Program-made: the position numbers and the translations under genes
From: Azolla caroliniana
Lineage: Eukaryota; Plantae; Polypodiophyta
NCBI GenBank assembly: GCA_043228905.1
Contig: JBHGNT010000004.1
Coordinates: 18,972,001-19,036,000, forward strand
Direction of reading: 5' to 3'
Length of the DNA: 64,000 bases
Notes under the pieces: generated by a model
Database searches by the model: none
Seen by the model: only the letters and a program-made list of their open reading frames with translations
What the model was told of the DNA's origin: nothing
In this document: in pieces, positions 1-12,300 of the stretch
How the letters are laid out: each line of letters opens with the position of its first letter
Position numbering within the stretch: the stretch's first letter is position 1

Positions 1-2099
1 AAAGCTTCTCTGGTGTGTATCTGTCTCGGTCAAACTTCGGAGACGCGGATAGAGCACCCCATATTGAAATATAGGGCATTTCCGTGCCTATTACAAGATA
101 TCTATACCTTGCCATCTCCATCCATCCTTATACATGGAGTACTTTGACCGTATATTCATAACATGCAAAAAAAATCTTCGCTTCACCTTGCCACATAACT
201 AACCGCACACATTGTGTACCTTCAAAAGACATTATAGACAACTCTTCAACAACCCATGCCTTCAACTTATTGGGCCATCATTGTCCTTACACATCCATGC
301 TATCATTTGCGTGCATCCTAATCTTCTTCCTTAAGAAAAGCAAGCCAATTACTCAACATTAAAGACATTGGGTAGCTAAAAAGAAACCAAAAGGAAGTCA
401 TCATTAGATTGAATATATATCCCATTTCATGGCCAAAAGAAAGGCTCGTTGAAGACTTTGTTCGGTGCTCGTACTTGTCGTGCAACATTCTCTTATTTGC
501 ACCCCAATCTTCCTTGAGAACAAAAGGAAGCAATCATTATGTGTAACATGTTGTAGACGGTTAACAAGAAAGGACAAGAAAGTCATCCCAACATTGACTC
601 TAGGTATATGCCTTTGTTGATCTTCCTTGTGCGTGTAACAACAATCTCTTCAGCATTCCAATCTTTAGCAAGAAGGGAAAAGGAAGTAACCATGAAACAA
701 ACAATCTCTCCATATATGTACTTAAAAAGATTACGGAAGGAAATTCAACCTCATACGTTGCCCTAAAGCTAAAGATATGGAGATTGAAAGTACATCTTTT
801 TGTTAGAAATGTTGATCCATAACTTTATGCAAAATCAATGAATCTCATCAAAAAGCAACAAGCTATGGAACTGCACTTAGGCTCATGTTTTTTAAATTTC
901 ATTTGTTTCACTCAAGGTTTTCATGATTTTGATGGGTTAATGCCATGTTTAAACAATGTAAAATAAATTGGCCAATTACAATCTTTTGCTCCATGTACAT
1001 ATTTGAACTGATTTCTTAGAAAATCAACTCATATCTCGCTTTCAAATATAGGAAAAATAATAGGAACTACACGAGAAAATGCCCCAAATTTATAGGAAGT
1101 TTATCGTAAATTTCTTCATCATGTACATATTTCCATGCCGAGAAAAGTTCATAGAAAATAGGAATCAAACGTAATTTTCATAGTCTATATTATACGAATT
1201 ATTAAAACTCAAAAAAACTGATTCAAGAATACCCAAGCTTTGCTTTATTTCCTCAAATACTCCTACATTGTATTTTTGTTTCGGAAGTGCTTTAATCTAG
1301 GCCCCCATATTGGAATTGGAAAATCACATCATGTAATTGCTCAAGTACCACATGTAGTTAAGGAAAAAGGAATGAAGCGACCATGTAATAGCATATGCAA
1401 CCAAACCACTGCTCTTCATAGGGTTGACCAAGGGTGATTGGGGAAATAATGAAAACCATATGCTATAACAAGCAATCAAGAAAAATTATGGGCATTTCAA
1501 GGTTTTCCGGACGAAGCATTACAAGGATTTGGCTCATAGAAAATGGAAACGAGTATGTTGTTAGCATGGGAATGACTCGTTAATTGCAAGAAAGTAGGGG
1601 CAATTTCAACATACAAACAAAGATCCATCAACATATTAGAAACAAACATTTATATACCTAACCACGTGAACTTTGTGAACAAGATCAAAGAGATCCCTAT
1701 AACGCCTTGTTTGAAGAGTACAAAATTGCAACAAAGTTATGGACAATTCAAGTTTTACATTTGAAGAAGATTCATGTGCATATGTTGTTCACGTTGGAAC
1801 TCTCATGTCTGCGAATAATTATTAACAAATATAAATAAACTTTGCATTACTTTATGCATTGGAGGTATTGATTCATTGCTTGTAATTGGACAAAAGGTTT
1901 GGCAACATTTTCGTGTCAAACAAATTCCTATTAACATTAAGTGTGAGTCGCTTGCATGCAATCCATGAACTTGGGAAGTGGAGACTTATTAACAATAGAA
2001 ATTTATCAAACAAATTGTCTCGTTTACTATCATTTCCAAACTACCACTCACATTTGGGAGACTCCCAAAATGTATAAATGAAGAGATTCCCTACGTATA

Positions 2100-2298
2100 T
2101 ATCCTCCTTTTAGTGTTGATGGATATTAAAAGCATCTATACCAACACAAGGCCTTGGGTTCAAGGTTCAACTTTCACACCTCTCTATTAGGCCATGCATA
2201 TTTTCTGAATTTACTAGATGCTTACGTGGATTGTAGGGGTTGAATGCATAACCTTATGGTCTTTGTTAACCAACCTTACCAACTAAGCTCAACCATCT
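2100..2298 (-). mobile_element. Double-tRNA-headed SINE/MITE-like element, diverged copy C
   Basis: The reverse complement reads GAGCTTAGTTGGTAAGGTTGG...CATTCAACCCCTACAATCCAC...CATCTAGTAAAT...GAGAGGTGTGAAAGTTG...GAACCCAAGG, collinear with copies at 4509-4933 and 34729-34916. Boundaries approximate. Confidence 0.55.
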
Positions 2299-2799
2299 TC
2301 GTCAATCAAATGCTCACAAACATATGTTTATATTAAAACAACATGACACTGCAAAACCTATTGTCATTACTACGATAGAAAGATCTTACGGCATGGTAAA
2401 TCCACTTAGGTGTTGCAATACTTAGTGGTGTAAAGGAAAAAAAATTGCGGACAAGGAGCCCATGCAAATATTCGTTGCGAAATTTGCCAGATCAATTATC
2501 CTTTTAACTTATAAACATTTTGTTGAGCTCCATGGGGACCATCACACAAGAGCCCATTTCTCAAACTCCAATTGTGCCACATATTCCAATATCTAAGGTT
2601 AGTAAAAGAAAAGCTTATATGATGGTGAAGGTAAAGCTCATTCTCCTTAATGAAAACCCATTAAAATGGTGACAAAATGTTACACCACCGAAACTTTGTG
2701 ATTAGGGTGGATCTCCGATCAAACTCGAACTCGCACTGCTTGATTGTGTGAAGGATGACTAAGTGAAAATTGGGACCCACTAAACATACCGCCCAACCA

Positions 2800-3120
2800 C
2801 CCTCTGTCCAACTTCCAATATAGCTCACGTTGTGAGTCATGGGTGTCTTCTCCATCTGTCAAGAAGACTTAGAAGCACATGACTCACGGGGCCTTCTCTA
2901 CTCGTCAAGAAGGCCCTCACATCAATCTGTCGAGGTGGTGTGTTGTGGTTTTGATCACGAACGCCCACAATCCATATCCTTTCCCCTTCATAAGTGATGT
3001 CGACCATTATGAATAATTCATGGACATACATCACTTTGAATCACCACAAGATGTAGCTTGTCCCACCGTGATAATGTCCACCATTAAATCTAGAATAACA
3101 AACATGATATTCTTTATGGT
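2800..3120 (-). pseudogene. Highly degenerate Gypsy aspartic-protease region remnant
   Basis: Broken translation VILDLMVDII...IMVDIT...LLDRWRRHP loosely follows the VIDGGSGVNVI...RMADTS...LLGRPWLKT order of the protease at 51741-52640. Many stops and frameshifts. Confidence 0.3.
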
Positions 3121-3654
3121 GAAAGGAAACCCCTAACTTAGCATTATCCTTATGCTCCACTACACATAATACATCCATTGACTATTAAAAATATTTATCC
3201 ATGCTTCATACCATATTTGAAAGAGAACAAACTCCCTTACATTAAATGTAGTTATCTTCATGACTCACTAGTAAGGTCTCTTGATGTCCAGATCATGCTC
3301 TAATTGCACAGTATGTCTAATGCATCCCTAAAATAGTCATTTGACATCGCCAAAACAAGTTCTAATTGATGGTTGTCGGTTAGACACATCATTCCTAGTA
3401 CCTCATTCATATGATTTAGTTTCCAAGGTTGCTTATACGGTGGCATAGTGACATTAACATTCAAATCAAACTTGAGGTTTAACAATTTATTCTTGGTTTA
3501 CTTATAATGCATTGAATGTTGGCATTATTGTTAGTGTTGGAATAGGGGGTTGTGTCGTCATCAACCTATTGTTGTTGGAATTAGTGTGCTTATGTTGACC
3601 AATGAGCAATTAGGATATTATAAAGTCGGAAGAAGGTTATAACTAGTGTGATGT

Positions 3655-3870
3655 CATGGGTGTAATCGAATACAGTCATTGAGCTGATGGGTAATCTTTA
3701 CCATGGAATTTGGAAGTGATTCTAGTACCAAAGGTCCACATTTTGAAGATAATTGACCTATTGAAGGAGAAGGTACTTTGAACCATTGGATTGTTCTAGA
3801 AAAGAAGAATGGAACTCTTCATTTCATCTAGGATCTCCAATGAGTAAACAAGATAAACCATTCACAATTA
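3655..3870 (+). pseudogene. Degenerate N-terminal RT fragment of the same Gypsy lineage as 8667-15708
   Basis: Reads WNLEVILVPKVHILKIIDLLKEKV and NHWIVLEKKNGTLHFI*DLQ*VNK, versus WNLKPIPVPRAHIPKLMELLKKKV and NRWFTVPKKNGTLRFIQDLQPVNK in ORF 11513-12619. Confidence 0.65.
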
Positions 3871-4443
3871 TAATACAATGGCTATTGGTATAATAATAAT
3901 AATAATGATAATAAAACCTAATTCAGCCCAAGTGTGTTGAGAAGTACTTATGTTAATGGATTAGTGATGACAAGCTAGCCCAACCACTATTGTCACCACT
4001 ATTTCACATTCTTTGAAGAATCACACATTCTTAGAGTGGGTGGCTTTTTGGAAAGTACATCCTAGAGAGGCTATAGATGAGAATAGTGGCATGAGGATGG
4101 CTGTAGTGAAGCGAGGAAGAAGTTGCTCGTCACAACAAAGCATCATCGAGTTTCAGTTGAGATTGACATACATTCTAAACTTAGTGCCTTTGATGGGATA
4201 GTATTAAGAGAACAATGAAATTATCTTCGAATGTGACTATATGGGAAATGGGGATCTTCAAGATCATTTGTGTGATCTAGATCTATTTCACCTTGGTGGT
4301 CTATTGTCACGGAACCTAGTATTGACATCTATAATGAAGTTATGAGGGGAATCCCTTACCTTCACACGAAGAATCGCCTTTTTGAGCATGTAGAGAGGGC
4401 CTTTTATTCATTATCATTTACATTAGAGGATGAAGCATCAAAG

Positions 4444-4445
<2 letters not shown>

Positions 4446-4504
<59 letters not shown>
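4446..4504. repeat. (GA)n microsatellite
   Basis: About 29 GA units directly visible. Confidence 0.95.
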
Positions 4505-4506
<2 letters not shown>

Positions 4507-4508
4507 TA

Positions 4509-4933
4509 GATGGATGTAGCTCAGATAAAGTTGCCGAATGGAGATCCACTGGTCCTAGGTTCAACCCTTACATTCCACAAGGTTGCCAATGGAGACCCGG
4601 TGGTCCTGGGTTCAACCCTTACATTCCACAAGGTTGCCAATGGAGACCCGGTGGTCCTGGGTTCAACCCTTACATTCCACAAGGTTGCCAATGGAGACCC
4701 GGTGGTCCTGGGTTCAACCCTTACATTCCACAAGGTTGCCAATGGAGACCCGGTGGTCCTGGGTTCAACCCTTACATTCCACAGTGGCATCTAGTGAAAT
4801 ACAACCCTCACATTTGAGAATCACATCTAATGAAATACGAGATAGCTATGGAGTATAGAGAGGTGAGAAAATTGGGTTTCGAACCCAAGATGTAGTGCTA
4901 GTAGTGTAAAGGACTTGCCATTAGGGTAAGATT
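4509..4933 (+). mobile_element. Double-tRNA-headed SINE/MITE-like element, copy A, with internal tandem amplification
   Basis: Homologous to 34729-34916. Degenerate A box (TAGCTCAGATAAAG), B box GGTTCAACCC, and an antisense B box GGTTCGAAACC at about 4876-4886. Confidence 0.65.
4527..4782 (+). repeat. 51-bp tandem repeat, 5 copies (4 identical)
   Basis: AAGGTTGCCAATGGAGACCCGGTGGTCCTGGGTTCAACCCTTACATTCCAC starts at 4579, 4630, 4681 and 4732, with a variant copy at about 4527. No spacers. Confidence 0.95.
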
Positions 4934-6136
4934 GAGATTGAGATTAATACACCATAATGGTAATTACTAAGTTGTTGCACAACACTTGCTTGTCTCATGA
5001 CATGAAGTGCTCTATATGGAAACCATCATCTAGTAGAGATTATTGTAATTCTTTGCAAAAAGAGTTATTATGTGTCTTCATAGTTATTACGTTGGCCTGA
5101 AAAGGGGAGATTGCATTCTCAATTTAGTTATTTGTTCCTTTTGGGGGTCAAGAGGCGGGAAATGTAGTTGAGGCTCAATCTCAAAGAATTTTGGAGTTAG
5201 TTGAAGTGCAACAATTATTGCGCATCCCGCCCCATTATGGGTTGATCTAGTAAGAACTACAAAATATTAAATTGATACACGGTCCGTTACCTCTACAAAC
5301 ATAAGAGCAATCATGGGCTGATTGAAATTTACGAGGTCAGACGTTGTTGTCATGAGTGATTACTAATATCTTGTATTATTACTCTATAGGTCTCTTCGAT
5401 GACTATTATCTAGAGAGTACTTGGCTAAAGAATAATGGAAAGTACATAACTGTGATTATGGATAGTGGTAGGTCTTGAAACATAGTTGGCAGTCTAAAGT
5501 GCCACTTTTAGCAAAGGTCTTCATTTAGAGAGTATTAATTGGGGGATTTACCTTTAGGATTAGCTCTAAAGTGCCATTTGTGGAAACGACCTTCATTTGG
5601 AGAGTATTGCTTGGGGGTGTATCTTTGGGATTAGCTTTAAAGTGATGTGGACTAGCAATAAGCAATTGCGTCTTTTACATTATTCAAGTGGAAGATAGTA
5701 AAACCCATCATTTCATACAATGTCTAATTACTTGCCAATTTGGAGTTACTTGTTATTTGACACCAAAACAATAGGTGTTTGCACAATTCACATGTACTTC
5801 AACTTGGAATCAGATATGGTGATCATTTTCCTATGGGTGAAAGCATGGGAGTGGAAACAATTAGTTATGTCCTTGACATAGCTAATTAGCTATGCAAAAA
5901 GGTATTGGTGATAAATAGTCTTTTTTTGCACCATGAATAAAAACATTACAATGTTTTAATTATATAAATGAGCACTATAAATGTGCAACATAAACGTGCA
6001 CCATAAATGGAAATGTGTACCATAACTGGAAAAAACATTGATTATATACCAAATTCCTAGGTCCATTATGCATGATCCATTGCCACATCACGTTGGCCAT
6101 CACTTAGTGACTATTCAGGCTGGATTACAAAACAAC

Positions 6137-6527
6137 TAAAAAAGATAATATGTGGAAGCTTTGACAAACCGGTTCACCCAGATAGCAATAGAAAGAGTAC
6201 AAGTTTAATGGAAGCTTCACAAAACATAGACAAAGAGTGCGAGGGACAGAGAGAGCAGAATAACATTAACTAAATTAAAAAATAATAACACTCTATGTAT
6301 ACAAAATTTGTCCTATAGAACACTTTTTATACAAGTCCTTCAAGGACTGACAGAAGTACTGATATGAACTTCAATGCTCATACGAGCGACTGACACTAAC
6401 TCTAAGGAATATGCCTACGTACTAAGCTAGATCCGTAGGCTTCTAACGACCTACTAATTACAATCTGATGCGTCTCTCCGATCTGACTCTTGGTTCCGGA
6501 TACCTATCCGTCTCCGGCTTATTCAGC
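6137..6527 (-). repeat. 3' LTR of Copia-1 (PPT and first ~35 bp of U3 apparently deleted)
   Basis: Aligns to 20292-~20679. The sense strand reads GAGCTTGAG|CTGAATAAGC, with no G-run PPT and no TGTTGAGCAGACAAG...CGG start as seen in the other LTR. Confidence 0.8.
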
Positions 6528-6989
6528 TCAAGCTCAACTTGAGGTCGGATCGCTATGTTAGTGTCTTTTGAGCCTTGTGGTCAGCTTCTTCTGGCGTCTT
6601 CTCGCCTTGCTCGTGCTCCTTGACCCGTCCGGTTCTGCTTTCCACGACCCGTCCGGTCCCACACACCTTAACCTTCTCGGTTGGCTTGTCTATTCATAAG
6701 GCCCATCTCAGCTCCTTTGTTGTTGCAACTCCGACGCGTCTCGACCCGTTGGTTCCTTCGTGTTGACTTCCGTTGCCTCCTTGTCTGTTTGGCCTTGAGT
6801 TGATCTGGCTCCTCCGAATCAAACACCTCTTCCAAATTGGGTGACTCCGATTCGTTCCAGATCTTGTCCAAATTGGCTGTCTCCAGTTCTTCCTCAATCT
6901 TCAGGCCCTTTACCACATTAGACCACTTCCGGGTCTTGGCCTTCTCCTTTCGGTCGACTTTGTCCTTCTTGACTCTACGGCCATCGTTG

Positions 6990-7163
6990 CTTGTTCTGAC
7001 TTGCTCGGCTTTGTCCTTGTCCGGTGTGATTACCAGTACCGGTTCTCCCCCTCAAGTGCAACATGTCAAGATGTTGAAGACCAAGCATCTCTGAAAAATG
7101 CTGCAACTTGTCAGTTCCAAGTGCCTTCATGAAGATGTCGACAAGCTGCCGATCCGTCCGGAC
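6990..7163. repeat. 174-bp target duplication, left copy (right copy 17006-17179)
   Basis: Copia RNase H-end sequence on both sides of the 7164-17005 insert. 8 differences by hand count, all transitions. Confidence 0.95.
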
Positions 7164-9357
7164 TGTTGTAGGTTTTTAGGGTTAGGGTAGAGGATGAGGA
7201 TGAATGGTAATGGTTGATGATGAAGATAAATATGGTGAGTGTGATGATAGCAATGGAGAGAAGCATTGTGGAATTGATGATGACAGGATGAGCATTGAGA
7301 AACATTGCGGGGTGGGGGGTGGTGCCTAGAATGGCTCCACCCCCCTCCCAATGGGTTCAACGTTAAAGGGGAGAGAGAGAGAAAGAGAGATGACAAGAGA
7401 GAGAGCGAGATTGAGAGAGAAAATGATAATTCATGTTTCATTCATTCCCCATAAGGGGGTTAAATAGTACAAGAGGGGGTAGATACATAGGAGTGTAAGC
7501 CCCCTCGAGCATTCACATTGGACACTCACTTACAACTCCTCGTATCCATCCACATGCACACACATGTGCGTGTGTTCACATATGTATACACTCACAATTA
7601 CATTTATGCCCCCTACACATACACAACAACATCATGATAACATTCGACCCTCGCTCATCACACTTGACTCTCCGTACATCTCGTACGGGGTAACACAATA
7701 TGGCATGCCCGTGGGAGAGTGCCTTGCACGTCGATCCCACATGCCTTGATGATGATATTTCTTCGACTTGAACTTCCATCGGTCCTTTCAACGATCGACT
7801 CCCTCGATTGGAGTGCTTGACTCGAACATCTTTGTCGGTCAACAAATCTTTGACACGAACATTCTCGTTCTGTCGGCTTACGAACTTTGTCATGGGTCCC
7901 AAATTATGCCGTGTATATGTATGTTCTTCCTTTGTTTTGAGTGTCTGTGAGTATTCTTGGGGATTTTCAAATTTTTGGTGGTGCCCTCTTGTTTTTTAAA
8001 ATTTTGATATGTACCCTTATGTTGATGAAATTTTCTCGTTACGTCCTCATAATTGTTTTTTTTAAAATTCTGTTCGTGCCCCTATTCTCTTTCCCTCTCT
8101 TTTTATATATTATTATTATTACATATTTTCCTCCTATTCTCCTAGCGGGAAACAATGTTCTTCTTTCTTCTTTTCTTCTCGTTGTTTCTCTGTTTCTCTC
8201 TTCTCTTCTTCTTCTTCTCTCTATTTCTCCATCTTCTTTTCTCGTTTTTCTTTCTGCTTCCACCATCACTATGTCCATTGTCCTCGCTGTTTTTGTCTGT
8301 CCGGTTCAGTCGTTGTCTTGGCCTTCGTTGACTATGTAGACGCCTCCATCACCGGCCTTCTCCCTTTGGCGGGATGTTATCTCTCTCTGTTTAACGCTTC
8401 CGATTGTGGCCGTTGGTAGTCGTGTTCTGTACGGCCATCACTGTTGGGCCGCATTTCAGCCACTCCGGCCATTCCGGTTGCATTTTGGCCACTTCTGCGC
8501 ATTTTAGCCACCCCGACCGCAGCCGGCTGCTTTCCGGTCGCTGCCCCTATTCGGTCGTCATCATCGTTGTTCTGGCCGCTCTTTGACTGCTTGTTTGATC
8601 CGGCCATTGTGTTCATTTGTGTCGGTGTCATTGTTCTGGCCATTGAGCTGTCTTAGTCTAGACCGTTGTTGCGTTGTTACGCGCGTGCGTGTAGAAAGGG
8701 GCGGGACCACGGGGGTCTTGTACCGAGGAGCGAGAGAGAGAGAGAGAAAGAGAGAGAGAGATTCATCGACACGTAGAAGCGAGAAAGAGAGATATAGAAC
8801 GTAACACTTAATTATAATGACAAGAGATTACAAACTCCGACAATTACAACTGACAAAGCGGCGACGGACCCGACACGGGGACCCTACTCACGCACACCGA
8901 CGACAGTCACACGACTCCAAGAAACAAAGGGGAAAGGGAGCGACTCTGCTGGAAGCACACGGGCTATCCACGAAGCAGAAGCAGCGACCTCCCGACACCC
9001 GCCGAGAGCGACGATTCCAATCGAAGAGAGCGAGCCCTCCGTTTTGCAGCAACCCCCCTTTTCTTTCCCAACGCGCAATACCCGTTTTCCCTTGTCCTCT
9101 TCCCTTTTATTCCCTGTCCCTCTGTCCGGGATACGCACAATCCCCCCCCCCCCCCCCAATAAATGGGTGCGGCTTCGTATTTACATCCACCGGTTTGTGT
9201 GCAAATAACAAGTCACGCGTCCATCCGTGTAAGGGCCGGTTTACGCGCTTTCTCTCCGATTCCGCCTATGGCGGTTTTCTTCACGACATCCACCCCCACC
9301 AAACCGCGCATCCACCAGTATGCGCCAGAGACGGGTAAATATCGAAGAAACCCGGCC

Positions 9358-12300
9358 TCACTCGTTGCTCTCCGATTCTCCGCCGGACCCGAACTGATCG
9401 TCGTTGTCGCTCCCGCTCGCAGGCTCCGGCTCGTCTTCGAACCGCTTTTTGAAAGCTTTGATCCGCTTTCTGGCCACCGGCAACGCTAACCATGTCCCGT
9501 CGAGTTCCGCGAGGTGGTACGTGCCATTGCCGTTCGCTCTCGTCACCATTTAGGGCCCGAACCATCTCCTAGCAAACTTTCGCACCGCCTTGTGCTGATT
9601 GTCGAGGCTGCTGTCGTATACCAAGACCCAGTCGCCTTCCTCGATCTTCTTTGGTCGTAACCGGTGCGTCCGGTTGAACTGGGTCTTGTTCTGCTCCCTT
9701 GCCGCTCGCAACTTTTCCTTCGCCTGTATCACGTCCTCCGGCCTCCGCTCGAGTTGCCGAATCCGCGCCGCCAGCAACTCCTCCCGGCTCATTTCGTCCT
9801 TCCAATCTACCGCCGCGCATGAAGAAACCGTCCGTTCCACCGGCATGATCGGCTTTTGTCCGTACATTAGCTCCGCCGGCATAAACCCTGTCACTGAACT
9901 GTGCGTAGTCCGGTCCGCCCATAGCGCGTAAGGAAGGAGTTGCGGCCAATTCCCGACTTGCCCACTGCACGCACGGACCAACGCCTTTACAATCGGTCCG
10001 TGCCCACGTTCCACCTTTCCGTTCGCCTCCGGATTGTACGCCGTGGTGAGGGAGAGTTTGACGCCTAGCCGGTCGAACAGCTCCTCGGCCTCCCGCGCAT
10101 CCAGCTCTCCCCGATCCGCCACGATCCTCCCGACGCACCCGTATCGACACACTACTTCTTCGATCACGAACCGGCATACCGCCGCGGTTGTCTTGCTTTG
10201 CAGTGCACGGCCTTCCACCTGGTTCGTTAAGTCTTCCCGTGCAAGCACCAGGTATCGCATCTGTCCTACTCCCATCGGCATCGTCACCAAGTCCACCATC
10301 CACTTGAAATGGACCGTAGGCGGGTAGGTCGGGTGAAGCTCGTCCCGGTGTCGGATTGCGGAGTGTATCTGACAGCTTTCGCAAGTCGTTATGAACCGAT
10401 GCACGTCCTGGTATAGCCCTGGCCACCAGTACTTCTCCTTCAGCTTCTCGAACGTGGCCCACGTTCCGCGGTGTCCGGCCCATGGGCTCTTGTGGAATGC
10501 CGCCAGTAGTTTCCCCTGTTCTTCTTTCTTTGCCACTACTCGGAGTGGGATGCTGCTTCTCTTCTTTGGGTGCTTCCATATGCACCCGTCCCGCAGGAAG
10601 AATTGGTACGCCTTCCTCCGTATCCGGCTCGCCTCCTCTCTCGCCCATGGTGCGTCCGGCGTCATCGTCCGTAGGAACCTCCTGATTTGGAGCCACTCCC
10701 CGCGTACCTGCTTTTGTCAAATTCGTTAAGCGCCGGAGTGTTCCCTTTCCTCGTCGTTACGTTAGCCGACCCGAAGAAGTCCTCGCCGACTTCTTCGTCT
10801 TCCGAAACCATGCCGTCTTCGTCGTTGAACCTTGCCCTCGAAAGCATGTCGGCCATGGCGTTGTCCTTTCCGGAGATGTGCCGTATCTCCGGGTTCAGGG
10901 ACTTAATGTACACTATCCACCGGAGCATTGCTAGGTCCGGCGTCGCGCATCCGGAAACCATGCCGAGTATCGGTAGGCAGTCCGTCTCGATAATCACCTC
11001 CGTCCCGATCAGATAATCCTTGTCGGCCTTGACTGCCGAAACGACACCCCAAAGTTCACGCTTAACTTGGGCGTACCCTCGCTGCCGCTCGCTCAATACC
11101 TTCGCCCCGAACCGGATCGGGAATCGTACGCCGCCCTTGTCCTCCTGACTGATTACCCACCCGATCCCCGTCGGGTTGGTGTCCACCGTTACGCAGATGA
11201 GAACATCCTTGCCGTAAACCGCTTTACGGAGAGCCGGCGCTGCCGTAAGCGCCTCCTTTAGTCTCCCAACCGACTCCGTGTGCTCCGTCCTCCACTCAAA
11301 GCTACGCCCCTTTTTCAATAGTCCGTAGGGGGTTCCGCGACATGTGCGTAGTGCAGGATCCAGATGTGGTAGAACGCGCATGCCCCCAAGAATCTACGGA
11401 ACTCCATGACCGACCCGCAAACGTTCCTCATCGCGGAGATGGCCTCTACCTTTGCCGGAGACGGTTTCCTACCGTAAGGCCCGCACAGGTGTCCGACCAC
11501 CAAGATCTCCGACTATCCGAAGGCCGACTTTTCCTTAGAGAAGGTGAGCCTCGCGCGCTCTAGTCTCTGCAGCACCTTCTCGCAGTCATCGATGTGGGAC
11601 GCCACGAAATTCTGACATCCGTCCGGCCCGATTGCCACGTCCCTTTTCTCCACCGGGCATCCCTTGATCGGGATGTCGTCTAAGAACGGCATGGTGATGT
11701 CTGAGCTACAATCCCTGAGCACTTTGTTCATCGCGTTCACCATGTGAGCCACTGAGTTCATCCCTCCTTGTGGCAGGGTACACATCCGCACCAGGCCGAT
11801 AGGAGTCCGCATCGTCGTAATGTCTCTGCTCTCCACGGCTAGTTGGAACTGATCGTACCCTGAGTACAGATCACCGACATAATAGATCGGCCTTCCAGCG
11901 AAGGCCTCTGCGAACTCGTCTATGGTCGGTCCGATCCCTGCATTACGGATGGTCACCTTGTTGACCGGTTGTAGGTCCTGGATGAAGCGTAGTGTGCCGT
12001 TCTTCTTCGGCACCGTAAACCACCGATTCGAGTACGGGGCACTCAACGGTTTGAGGACGCCCATCTCCACCTTTTTCTTTAGGAGCTCCATCAACTTCGG
12101 GATGTGAGCTCTTGGCACCGGAATCGGCTTGAGATTCCACGGTACATGCGGTACCGTGAAGATCACCATCGGTTCGACAACTGTCGGGTCTACGCACCCG
12201 ATCTCCTCCGGTGAGAATGTGAAAGCCTTTCCGTGCCTCCCGAGCATTCTCCGAAACCGGTCCTCCTCCGCCAGCAGTAGGAAGCCGCCCCCACCGACCT

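Noticed and set aside
200-2090. Possible CACTA/En-Spm transposase remnant (faint AFNLLG...NLLP, FVDLPCA, HAIHELG motifs)
   Set aside because: Too degenerate to support without an HMM search; no termini seen.
4527-4782. CRISPR-like array or repeat-protein ORFs (4510-4794 and overlapping)
   Set aside because: Units are contiguous and identical with no spacers, there are no cas genes, and the context is eukaryotic. The ORFs arise only because 51 is divisible by 3.
5090-5700. Gypsy gag/protease trace (TVIMDSG) and a ~72-bp tandem duplication
   Set aside because: Only one short motif; too degenerate to annotate.
7170-7190. Telomeric repeat TTTAGGGTTAGGG (also ~16757-16771)
   Set aside because: Only two units; a common telo-box-like motif in plant LTRs, not an interstitial telomere.
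7576-7902. Chromodomain-like ORF within the putative LTR (EVQVEEISSSR...)
   Set aside because: Lacks the conserved aromatic residues (YLVKW, TWE); similarity too weak.
8817-9489. ORFs in the LTRs (8817-9338, 15240-15706) and long antisense or alternative-frame ORFs across the GC-rich Gypsy elements (e.g. 9569-10720, 12129-12944, 15582-16568)
   Set aside because: No recognisable domains; expected by-products of high GC content and of coding on another frame or strand.
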